Notes under the pieces: model-generated
Told to the model about the DNA's origin: nothing
Databases searched by the model: none
What the model saw: only the letters and a program-made list of their open reading frames with translations
Program-made: the position numbers and the translations under genes
Shown: piece after piece, positions 39,206 through 49,922 of the stretch
Layout of the letters: every line of letters begins with the position of its first letter
Numbering within the stretch: the stretch's first letter is position 1
Source: Neoechinorhynchus agilis
Lineage: Eukaryota; Animalia; Acanthocephala
Direction: 5' to 3'
Assembly (NCBI GenBank): GCA_051530055.1
Contig: CM121341.1
Location: 8,348,784 to 8,412,783, forward strand
Length of the DNA: 64,000 nucleotides

Positions 39206-40632
39206 CTGAGGAAGGAATTATCTTAGAGTCTGTTAGTTAATGCAACCTAGTTTCTCGGAGACGCGATAAAGTATTTATAGTCCGTTGGGAACGATGGCAG
39301 TGGTTTAGTAAACCAACGCCATGGAATTAGAACATATTAAAGGCCAGAAAAGCAAGTCGCTACGGGGCAATTAGCTTATAAGCGAATAATCGTTTACACA
39401 TTTTTATGAAGTATTTGAGACAAAATTTATTGCCATTTAATGAATCGAAAGGAGAAGATGAAAGCGATTCGCAAAACATCTACAAAAAAACACAACCTAG
39501 GTGCTATTTAGTGGATTCATTTCAATAGTCGATCAAAATAGGCAGCAAAATGTGTCTCGAATTTCTGTCATACAATTCGCATAATAATCCATTAGAAGTG
39601 CCAGAAAAGTTTATTTTTTAATTTAAAAATCACGGGTTATCATTCCAAAGCTCATTTAGACTTTGATTTTCGTACAAATAAACATTACAGTAACAGCAAG
39701 ATTATAAAGCATCAATTGTCCAACACAAAACTAATCAAAAAAGAGTAGTCGTATCCAATGACCCTTCGATATTTTTACCAGCGTATTTTAAGACCTCCAG
39801 CTTTAATCGATAAACAGTATAATTCGTTTAGTTCTTATCAGGACACGAGGAGGCAATATTCTTTTCTTTACAAGAGAGACAGAGTTGTCGTGGAGTGAAA
39901 GAGACAATGAATTCAGCATTGCATATAACACGTTCCTTGTCATCCGAACAGCTTTAATTTATTCGAATTGCATGCTTTTTAAATTAAGCCAAAAAATCAA
40001 ATAGATATTAAAGCCGATATTTTCTAATACTTATGGAGTAGAACCAATTTGGACTAGGATTTTAGAAGGTGTCTCAAGAGATCAATAAGAAAACCCCGCT
40101 TGCAAAATAAAACCAACTTTCTTTTTTATCTGGATAATTGAGAGGAAAACAATTTATTTGACTAACTTTTTTTGATTTCAATGACTACTTAATCGAATTA
40201 ATCTACTCGTTTTAATAGCCTAATTGGCACACGAGGACGATACTTTGGAACATGTTTGTGAATGTCAAGAAACTTTTCATAGAGGTTGAGTTTATAACCA
40301 CAGAGCGATTATTGCGAGGATTTCTGTTAGTTGTATTTTGAATGAACGTTACCAAATCTTAAAAATATAGATCTACTAAATCAACGAACGATGTAAACTC
40401 CTACGGATAGGTGAAATTAGGGCTTCTTTTGAGATTCCATTTGAGAGAATAATAAATCATACAAGTCTAACGTTGGCAAGAATTATCATGTTCAGATGAA
40501 CTATTCGCATCTCTTGCTAGATAATCTTTAAATAGTATTATTTGTTTAGAGGTTAGTTATATTCTTTGCCCTGCAGTGAATTTTGGGCGTGCTGGTCATT
40601 GTTTTTCGTAACGAATTAGTTTTTATCGGCTA

Positions 40633-40662
40633 TGTGGCGGTGGGGAAAATTATATATCAAAG
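40633..40662 (+). repeat. 30-bp direct repeat, left copy (candidate TSD)
   Basis: TGTGGCGGTGGGGAAAATTATATATCAAAG recurs exactly at 43242-43271. Confidence 0.9.
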
Positions 40663-40689
40663 GGCCACTTTAATTTTTTTAATCATAAC

Positions 40690-42712
40690 ATAATAAAGTA
40701 AAAAACGCGCAATCACCACCGTCCGCAAAATTGGAGCTTATTTTTCTAGGTTTTCCGAGAGGTGAAATATCGGGCAAATAAATTGGTGAATTTCGGACGA
40801 GAATTTAAAAGGTTAAACTAAAATGTTCCTTCTTTTCCTTAGTTTTGCCATTCGGATTTAAATTTTTTCACTTTTCCGATAATAAAGTACAAAACGTGCA
40901 ATCACCACCGTCCGCAAAATTGGAGCTTATTTTTCTAGGTTTTCCGAGAGGTGAAATATCGGGCAAATAAATTGGTGAATTTCGGACGAGAATTTAAAAG
41001 GTTAAACTAAAATGTTCCTTCTTTTCCTTAGTTTTGCCATTCGGATTTAAATTTTTTCACTTTTCCGATAATAAAGTACAAAACGCGCAATCACCACCGT
41101 CCGCAAAATTGGAGCTTATTTTTCTAGGTTTTCCGAGAGGTGAAATATCGGGCAAATAAATTGGTGAATTTCGGACGAGAATTTAAAAGGTTAAACTAAA
41201 ATGTTCCTTCTTTTCCTTAGTTTTGCCATTCGGATTTAAATTTTTTTCCCTTTAACTTTTCCGATAATAAAGTACAAAACGCGCAATCACCACCGTCCGC
41301 AAAATTGGAGCTTATTTTTCTAGGTTTTCCGAGAGGTGAAATATCGGGCAAATAAATTGGTGAATTTCGGACGAGAATTTAAAGGTTAAACTAAAATGTT
41401 CCTTCTTTTCCTTAGTTTTGCCATTCGGATTTAAATTTTCACTTTTCCGATAATAAAGTACAAAACGCGCAATCACCACCGTCCGCAAAATTGGAGCTTA
41501 TTTTTCTAGGTTTTCCGAGAGGTGAAATATCGGGCAAATAAATTGGTGAATTTCGGACGAGAATTTAAAAGGTTAAACTAAAATGTTCCTTCTTTTCCTT
41601 AGTTTTGCCATTCGGATTTAAATTTTTTTCCTTGATAGAAATGACTTTAACTTTTCCGATAATAAAGTACAAAACGCGCAATCACCACCGTCCGCAAAAT
41701 TGGAGCTTATTTTTCTAGGTTTTCCGAGAGGTGAAATATCGGGCAAATAAATTGGTGAATTTCGGACGAGAATTTAAAAGGTTAAACTAAAATGTTCCTT
41801 CTTTTCCTTAGTTTTGCCATTCGGATTTAAATTTTTTTCCTTGATAGAAATGACTTTAACTTTTCCGATAATAAAGTACAAAACGCGCAATCACCACCGT
41901 CCGCAAAATTGGAGCTTATTTTTCTAGGTTTTCCGAGAGGTGAAATATCGGGCAAATAAATTGGTGAATTTCGGACGAGAATTTAAAAGGTTAAACTAAA
42001 ATGTTCCTTCTTTTCCTTAGTTTTGCCATTCGGATTTAAATTTTTTAACTTTTCCGATAATAAAGTACAAAACGTGCAATCACCACCGTCCGCAAAATTG
42101 GAGCTTATTTTTCTAGGTTTTCCGAGAGGTGAAATATCGGGCAAATAAATTGGTGAATTTCGGACGAGAATTTAAAAGGTTAAACTAAAATGTTCCTTCT
42201 TTTCCTTAGTTTTGCCATTCGGATTTAAATTTTTTCACTTTTCCGATAATAAAGTATAAAACGCGCAATCACCACCGTCCGCAAAATTGGAGCTTATTTT
42301 TCTAGGTTTTCCGAGAGGTGAAATATCGGGCAAATAAATTGGTGAATTTCGGACGAGAATTTAAAAGGTTAAACTAAAATGTTCCTTCTTTTCCTTAGTT
42401 TTGCCATTCGGATTTAATTTTTTTCCTTGATAGAAATGACTTTAACTTTTCCGATAATAAAGTACAAAACGTGCAATCACCACCGTCCGCAAAATTGGAG
42501 CTTATTTTTCTAGGTTTTCCGAGAGGTGAAATATCGGGCAAATAAATTGGTGAATTTCGGACGAGAATTTAAAAGGTTAAACTAAAATGTTCCTTCTTTT
42601 CCTTAGTTTTGCCATTCGGATTTAAATTTTTTTCCTTGATAGAAATGACTTTAACTTTCCCGATAATAAAGTACAAAACGCGCAATCACCACCGTCCGCA
42701 AAATTGGAGCTT
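40690..42712. repeat. Satellite A: 10 full units (186-209 bp, mainly 189 and ~209) plus the start of an 11th
   Basis: AATCACC anchor at 40711, 40900, 41089, 41285, 41471, 41680, 41889, 42078, 42267, 42475, 42684. Confidence 0.97.
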
Positions 42713-42960
42713 CTCTCCTTCCTCGGCTGTCAGCAGCATTGCCTCGTTGTACTGCGAGCGAGATACTTTGTCACAGGAATACACCTGCTCGTGAGTTAGA
42801 AATATTTCGTCCAATCGCACTGCTGATTTTCAGTCTGAACTCGACGAAGAAATTCCTTTGGCAAAATAACTCTTAGTTACAACAAAAAGTAGATTCTATG
42901 TTCAAGGAAGGCATAAAAATCTTAAAGTGCGAACTTCGACGTATATTTTTTGGGATCACA
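42713..42960 (-). mobile_element. CRE 3'-end relic fused to satellite A
   Basis: Minus strand SRAGVFL*QSISLAVQRGNAADS; 42682-42770 matches 535-623 with 2 mismatches in 89 bp. Homology beyond ~42830 is weak. Confidence 0.8.
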
Positions 42961-43241
42961 CAAGTCAATCAGCTTCACTTCTTTTCTGCGATAATTTGAT
43001 ATATATTTTAATAAATAAGGAAGCGAAAATTTGTTAAACGTACTTTCTCAAATAGCATTTTTCGCTGACTTGTGTTATCGAAAAATTTATAAACAAATGA
43101 AAAAATTAGATATTGTGCGAATAAAACACTTTAACAATGACTGAAGAGGCGAGGATACCTCGCGAAATATTTCGAATAAATAAAATATGTAATGACCGGG
43201 ATTATTCTCACTGAAAGTGTAATTTTGTAATTATTGCTTTG

Positions 43242-43271
43242 TGTGGCGGTGGGGAAAATTATATATCAAAG
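43242..43271 (+). repeat. 30-bp direct repeat, right copy
   Basis: Exact match to 40633-40662. Confidence 0.9.
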
Positions 43272-43620
43272 ACTGATTGAAATATTTCGTATAAACGCAC
43301 TGGCCTTCTTCGATCAATTATCTGAAAAGGAATTTGGCAACCTCAATGTCTTATCCGGCGGTATCCTCAACTTTAGGGAATAATCTGTCTTGTTACTCTC
43401 GGAAGTATTGGTTCCCTGAATGAACATGATCGGCTTCCATTTGTGAGAGAATCTTGGAGATGATAACGTACTTTTGAACGATACTTTTAAAGACAAAGCA
43501 CGAAATCTCTTTTGGTTCTTAACGCTTCTAATTTATTTTGAACTAAAAAATGCTCACAATCTTGGATCTTATAAATTTTCGCTAATACATAGAACATGAA
43601 AAAAAGTGTGTTCCAATCAT

Positions 43621-44151
43621 TCACTTTTCACTGTTTTCCAAAAGATCCTCGACGAGTACTGATTTCTTAGCCAGATCTTTGACCAGTCCTATCAAATGAG
43701 CATCAGCTTCCAAAAGTGTGATATCTTTCGACGCTCCTAAGAAGCGAGCTGACATTTCAAAATCTTTCAACTTGATAACAACTCGTGAGCCGATACTGAC
43801 ATCTAATCCTCGTCGCTTGCCTCCTTTGTTATCCTCGGACGAATCATTGTCAACCCTTAAATGACATGTACAATGGAACTTCCCTCCAAAATCCACATAG
43901 ACATCCGTGCCATCGACAATATCAATCACTGTGCCATAGAGTCGTCTATGTTTTATGCCGCCCAGTTGAACGAGCTTTGAATGTCGAAATAAGCGAGCGA
44001 ATGTCCGAAGATCTTGCTCATAAGTCTCAATATCTAGTTCGGTTTTTTCAACGGCATTATCCACAGTCGTTTGAATTAAACGAACCGTTTGAATTGGCTT
44101 TAGATGACGTAGGAACAAAAAGGATGGAAATCTTGAAATCAATGATGGCAT
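43621..44151 (-). CDS. MRPS28: Mitochondrial ribosomal protein S28 (bS1m), intronless, 176 aa
   Basis: FARLFRHSKLVQLG...VYVDFGGKFHCTC...SARFLGASKDITLLEADA matches the animal MRPS28 pattern; N-terminus looks like a targeting peptide. Confidence 0.92.
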   Translation of the reverse strand: MPSLISRFPSFLFLRHLKPIQTVRLIQTTVDNAVEKTELDIETYEQDLRTFARLFRHSKLVQLGGIKHRRLYGTVIDIVDGTDVYVDFGGKFHCTCHLRVDNDSSEDNKGGKRRGLDVSIGSRVVIKLKDFEMSARFLGASKDITLLEADAHLIGLVKDLAKKSVLVEDLLENSEK

Positions 44152-44513
44152 TTAACACCTAAGAGAACGTTTACTTTGCGTCTTGAGAAATACCAAACTT
44201 AAGAGTATCTAGAATATTAAAGTTCATTGTAGATTTCTTTTATCGCTCTCTGAGCTGAAATGGCCAGGTTTTTTATATCAATTGGGTTTTATTGGGTAAA
44301 GGACGTGTCTACTTGAACGAAGACGGCCTTAGAGGCCAGCGAAGATGTCTTAAAATTACAGACAGACAACACAGAAGACGAATCATCATTTTTTGTCAAC
44401 TTCGAGAGAAAATTATAATGCCGGATGATAACTGGCGACATTGGGTGAAAAAATCATCATTTATTCAAAGTTGAAACAAAATTTGAGTTACGGCCATAAT
44501 TCCTTCTTCATGG

Positions 44514-45173
44514 TATTTCAAAAAAAGAAGTATCATCAATCACCTACAAAAGCGAGGTCCACTCCCTGCGTTGTGTTTCATTGATTTTTTTAACACGTCG
44601 ATGGCCGGTAGCACTTTATTAAGCTAAAGATTCGTTCCAATGCGGACGGAAGCATCGATGTGCAAAACACTTGAGACAAAATGGTTTTTAAAAGAAACGA
44701 CCTTAAAAGCAGAATATAAAGTGGTTAAAAGGACGATTGAAAAAGTTAAAAATTACGAATAAATAATGGAAATGGAGTAGGAAATCCGATCAAATAATAC
44801 GAGTTTTCTTCGAAAACACACGATGCAGGGGCTCAAAGAAAAGAATCGTCTAACATAATAAAACCTGATTTTAGCACTTCTTAGCAATATCCAATCACCA
44901 CGATGGCACTTATTTTGTGAAGAGAAGGAGCAAATCCTTAAAAAGACGTCTTGCCTTTAGGCGTCTTACACATCGATGCGTCCATCTGCAATAGAACGAA
45001 TCTTTAGCTTAATAAAGCGCTAACGGCCATTTACGGGTTAAAAAAATCATTGAAACACAACGCAGGGAGTGGACATTCGGGCCGTGAATTTAAAAGATCT
45101 CGTTTACCCGAAACATGTAAAACAGATAAATCCTTTTTTGTAGGTGATTGATGAGGCTTCCATTTTTGAAATA
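44514..45173. mobile_element. Non-autonomous TIR element, possibly hAT-derived
   Basis: Inverted repeats 44557-44594 / 45037-45074 (37/38) and looser 44514-44550 / 45136-45173; internal plus-strand SMRPSAIERIFSL resembles the hAT C-terminal SxxERxFS motif. Confidence 0.65.
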
Positions 45174-45354
45174 TCTCGATAAATGTCGATAAGTGACAGG
45201 AGTTACTGGGGAAGTCTTCATCGCCTGGTATATAATTTTTTCGATTAAAAACGTTAGGCGAGCCTCCTAAGGTTCATCGTCAGTTTTTAGTTATTGTGAA
45301 CGCCTATTAATAATTAATAAATTGATGATGAACCGACGAGGTTCGAAATGTCTT

Positions 45355-45738
45355 TAAAAAATTATTTTCCGGGTTAAGACTTCTAAGCGATAATCCTATC
45401 TAGAATACAATAATCTTTACGATACCGGAATTGTGGCGATGATGGTCATAATTCCTTCCCCTCCGACGTATTTTATTCAAGATATTTCGAGACTAAGCCT
45501 TGCCTTATCAGTTATCTAGAAAAAATTTTAGTTGTTATATCCCGAGCCGTACTTAAAAAAATTATTTTCCGTCTGAAGACTTCTAGACGATAATCCTATC
45601 TAGAATACAATAATCTTTACGATACCGGAATTGTGGCGATGATGGTCCTTCCCCTCCAACGTATTTTATTCAAGATATTTCGCGACTAAGCCTCGCTTTA
45701 TCAGTCATCTAGAAAAAGTTTTAGTTGTTATATCTCGT
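45355..45738. repeat. Satellite B, ~2 units of 200 bp
   Basis: GATAATCCTATCTAGAAT anchor at 45389 and 45589. Confidence 0.9.
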
Positions 45739-46491
45739 ATAAAATAATTAAAACTTTTTCTAGATGACTGATGAGACGAGGCTTCGTCCGTTTGTTGGAT
45801 TAAATCCGTAAGTTCGATTAAACCCACGAGTTTGCTTCCCGAATTTCAAATCCCAATTCATTTCATCGTTCCCACAACTCCGCTCTGTTTTCCATACTGC
45901 CAAATCTTCTTGGATATCGTGACTCGAAATGAACCGGAGGAAAGACCGATGCTCTCCTGCGCCCAATAACCACCAATCCCCGTCCGAACCAACCTTCCAA
46001 CCCGACCGAAACCGCAATCATCTCCAAAATCAACAACCACATTCATTGAACAAATCTGAACCCGAGTTTTTATGAGGACCCAAAGATACATGGTTCTTTT
46101 TCTTCACTAACAAATAAACGTGTTATTATTTCGATCCGAGGAGGTACGACCACATCTTCAGCTCTATCAATCCCAATGAATTTCATTTTTCAATAAAGTA
46201 TTTTGACCGCGAAAGAATCTAATAATAAAATTTACACAAATGACGTCAGAATATTGCGTCTTTGGAAAACTACATTGTCTATGTTTATTGGTTTCATATT
46301 TTATGTTTGCTCGAGACGGCTTTTCATTCCTAGTCTTCTTGTTTTTCGATCCGTTATTTTCGATTGTTTGTAAGAAAAATCGGTTGGTTTTCTTTATATA
46401 ATCGACTATTATTCGGTGTTCTGATGCTCATTTGGTCGTTATTGGATCATTTTTTGTATAAATTTAATCAAAATTGATTTCGTATTTAAAG

Positions 46492-49400
46492 ATGAACAAT
46501 GAAGCTGATGATTTGGAAGATTCCTATGAACTTGTTTTATACTCTCCGCACTGCCTATCCGCTGATGTGGTCGCTCGTGTAATGGAAAAGATGCGTTATT
46601 TTACAGCTTATGATGATCTCAAGATCATTTTAAATTTGTTACAAGTTCGCGACATTCATCTAGCTTATGATATCCTTGATTTATCGACAAAGGATATAAA
46701 CGAGCAAGACGTTGAGGATCGATGGCAATGTATCCTGTTTCATCCGGTGATTTGTCAACAAATCATGTATCAAATCAATAATTTGCCTGCTGCGGTGATC
46801 GAAGCCTGTCGGAGGCAAGCTCCTTTTAGTGATGAAGAGGAAACAATGATCGCTTCTATAAATTCGGTATTTCTTTTATCGAGACGAATTTGAGCGATTT
46901 AACACAATTTTGTCTCATTATAGAGAGTCCGTGGAGATTTGCAATTCTTTGCTGAAGTATTAAAATCAAGACCGAGACTGTTCATCTTCCGTTCAGCAAG
47001 GGATCTTATGTATCATTGGAGAATGATGAAAACAAATTATCTTTTGGATGATCAAGCTGGTTAGTTCTTTAACCTTTTCTCCGTGATTCAGCGCATTAAG
47101 GCATATCGTGTTTTTTTCTAGTGTTCTAAAGTGAATTTTTCGAAAGCAAATAAAAAATCATCGATTTGTTTTTTTACTCTTTTGCGAAATATGCAATCTT
47201 TAATCCGGACGACCTTAAAAACTTAGTTTCCCCTTTTTCTTCGTATACGACAGTGCAAAAGAATTTATTATTAAAAAAATTCTTAAAAAAATTGTGGTGG
47301 CGATACATATTTTATTGATATGATGAAATGTTTCCAGTCATTGTTTGGAAGTGAAGGAAACGAAGCTCCCGAAATATCTTGAATAAAATATGTGTTTTAT
47401 CCGCGAGGAGGGAAGGATTATGGCTACATCTTCAACTCTATCAACCTCAAATGATTTTATCTTTACGATACCTCCCCTCCAACGTATTTTATTCAAGATA
47501 TTTCGCGACTAAGCCTCGCTTTATCAGTCATCCAGAAAAAGTTTTAGTTGTTATATCTCGTACTCAAAAAATTATTTTCCGTCTGAAGACTTCTAAACGA
47601 TAATCCTATCTAGAATACAATAATCTTTACGATACCGGAATTATGGTGATGATGGTCATAATTCCTTCTCCTCCAACATATTTTATTCAAGATATTTCGC
47701 GACTAAGCCTGCTTTATCAGTCATCTAGAAAAAGTTTTAGTTATTATATCCGTACTAAAAAATTATTTTCCGTCTAAGACTTCTAACGATAATCCTATCT
47801 AGAATACAATAATCTTTACGATACCGGAATTTGGGATGATGGTCATAATTCCTTCCCCTCCAACTATTTTATTCAAGATATTTCGCGACTAAGCCTGCTT
47901 TATCAGTCATCTAGAAAAAGTTTTAGTTATTATATCCCGTACTAAAAAATTATTTTCCGTCTGAAGACTTCTAAACGATAATCCTATCTAGAATACAATA
48001 ATCTTTACGATACCGGAATTGTGGGATGATGGTCATAATTCCTTCCCTCCAACATTTTATTCAAGATATTTCGCGACTAAGCCTGCTTTATCAGTCATCT
48101 AGAAAAAGTTTTAGTTATTATATCCCGAGCCGTACTTAAAAAATTATTTTCCGTCTAAGACTTCTAAACGATAATCCTATCTAGAATACAATAATCTTTA
48201 CGATACCGGAATTGTGGTGATGATGGTCATAATTCCTTCCCCTCCAACATATTTTATTCAAGATATTTCGCGACTAAGCCTTGCTTTATCAGTCATCTAG
48301 AAAAAGTTTTAGTTATTATATCCCGAGCCGTACTTAAAAAAATTATTTTCCGTCGAAGACTTCTAAACGATAATCCTATCTAGAATACAATAATCTTTAC
48401 GATACCGGAATTGTGGCGATGATGGTCATAATTCCTTCCCCTCCAACGTATTTTATTCAAGATATTTCGCGACTAAGCCTCGCTTTATCAGTCATCTAGA
48501 AAAAGTTTTAGTTATTATATCCCGAGCCGTACTTAAAAAAATTATTTTCCGTCTGAAGACTTCTAAACGATAATCCTATCTAGAATAAAATATGTCTCCA
48601 ATTCTGAAGATTGAATTATTCATGTTTGTAAATGGCGGAAAATTGAAGGAATTTTATTTTTATCCGTCTCGTCGGATTTCTTCAGATTTTCTTATAAGTT
48701 TTTTCAATTGTGTTTGACATTGAAAAAACTTTCAAGCAATCTGAAGAAGGACGAAATATATTGTTTGCCAAACAAAGTATAGTCTTAAATCGTAAGAAAC
48801 TTACAAGAAATGACAAAGGTTGGGAAAATGTCGGAATACTTCGACGTGAAATAAATCATATCGGTTAATTTAAATCCCGCCCTGGGGTGTGTGGCGAAAC
48901 TAAGAAAACAGAAAGTATTTCATAATTTTTTATTCCTTTCGATTTCCAATAGAAAAACGAGCTCAAATACTGAAAGCAGTAAATGATGTTGACAAATCTG
49001 ACCTAATAGCTAACGATTATGATCAAGGTTTTAATTGGTTGATATTTTTTAAAACTTAACAAAGTGTCTCATAAAGATTTGGTTGCTACTTACGAAATTG
49101 TTCAACTGGAGTTTGATTTAATGATACAGGCATTTCCGGAATTTGACAAATACTTTGAATGCGTTGGAGTGCTAGCAATTCTGACTGCGTCCAATGGTAC
49201 TCAATTTCGAATGAAAGGGCCGAAGGTTTTTTTTGTTAAACCTAATCATGATCAATACAAAATTGTTTTAGATCACAATTGGTCGTAATCTAGTGAGCAT
49301 GACAGGCGATTCCACTCATATGGACGTGGACTTGGGCCTCATGGACGCATCAAAACGAACATCTAGGAACCAAGGTTTTATCGAATTTGACAAGACTCAA

Positions 49401-49673
49401 AATAAGTTTTATTTCTGCAATATGGGTAAAAACTCGGTGATCATTGATCGAACAAAGATTTGTAAAGGCGAAAAGATTGAACTTGTTCATGGGTCAGATA
49501 TCATGATTAAGAACGTCTATCTCAAATTTACCATCAATTTGTATGAGTATTTAATGAGAGAACGGAACTTTGCGAGCGCTCAAGATGACAAGTATGAATG
49601 GGAAAATTATGAAGATCCGTTTAGCGAGTTTAGTGACGACGGAATAAGTGAAGGAATGAATGGGTCGCAATGA
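46492..49673 (+). CDS. MCRS1: Microspherule protein 1 (MCRS_N + FHA), 382 aa; exons 46492-46866, 46924-47059, 48953-49027, 49065-49225, 49272-49673
   Basis: DDLKII...DRWQCILFHPVI...FSDEEE...HWRMMKTNYLLDDQ and FHA ITIGRN...DVDL...SRNQG; all introns GT-AG and the frame is continuous (1149 nt). Confidence 0.9.
47459..48587. repeat. Satellite B, ~5.7 units of 189-200 bp inside MCRS1 intron 2
   Basis: Anchor at 47599, 47788, 47977, 48170, 48369, 48569. Confidence 0.95.
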
Positions 49674-49922
49674 GGTCCGTTGAAATCTCGAAAAAATATA
49701 CATACTGAATCATGGATTTTATGTGGTGAGATTCGGGGGGTCCGAAGGAAAAAAATTCGGCGCTTTCATTTACACAAACGTCTTTTTAAATGGTTTTTTC
49801 TTACTCTACGACTTTGAAGACAACATTGGGCTTTTCATACTTAAGAAATAAAACGTGGTATTATTGACTTCCATTTGAGAAAAAAACGGCACACAGTTCA
49901 CATTGTGGGCCTAAAATTTTAG

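Noticed and set aside
45790-46090. C-rich stretch possibly an L2 3' relic
   Set aside because: No convincing conserved motif in any single frame.
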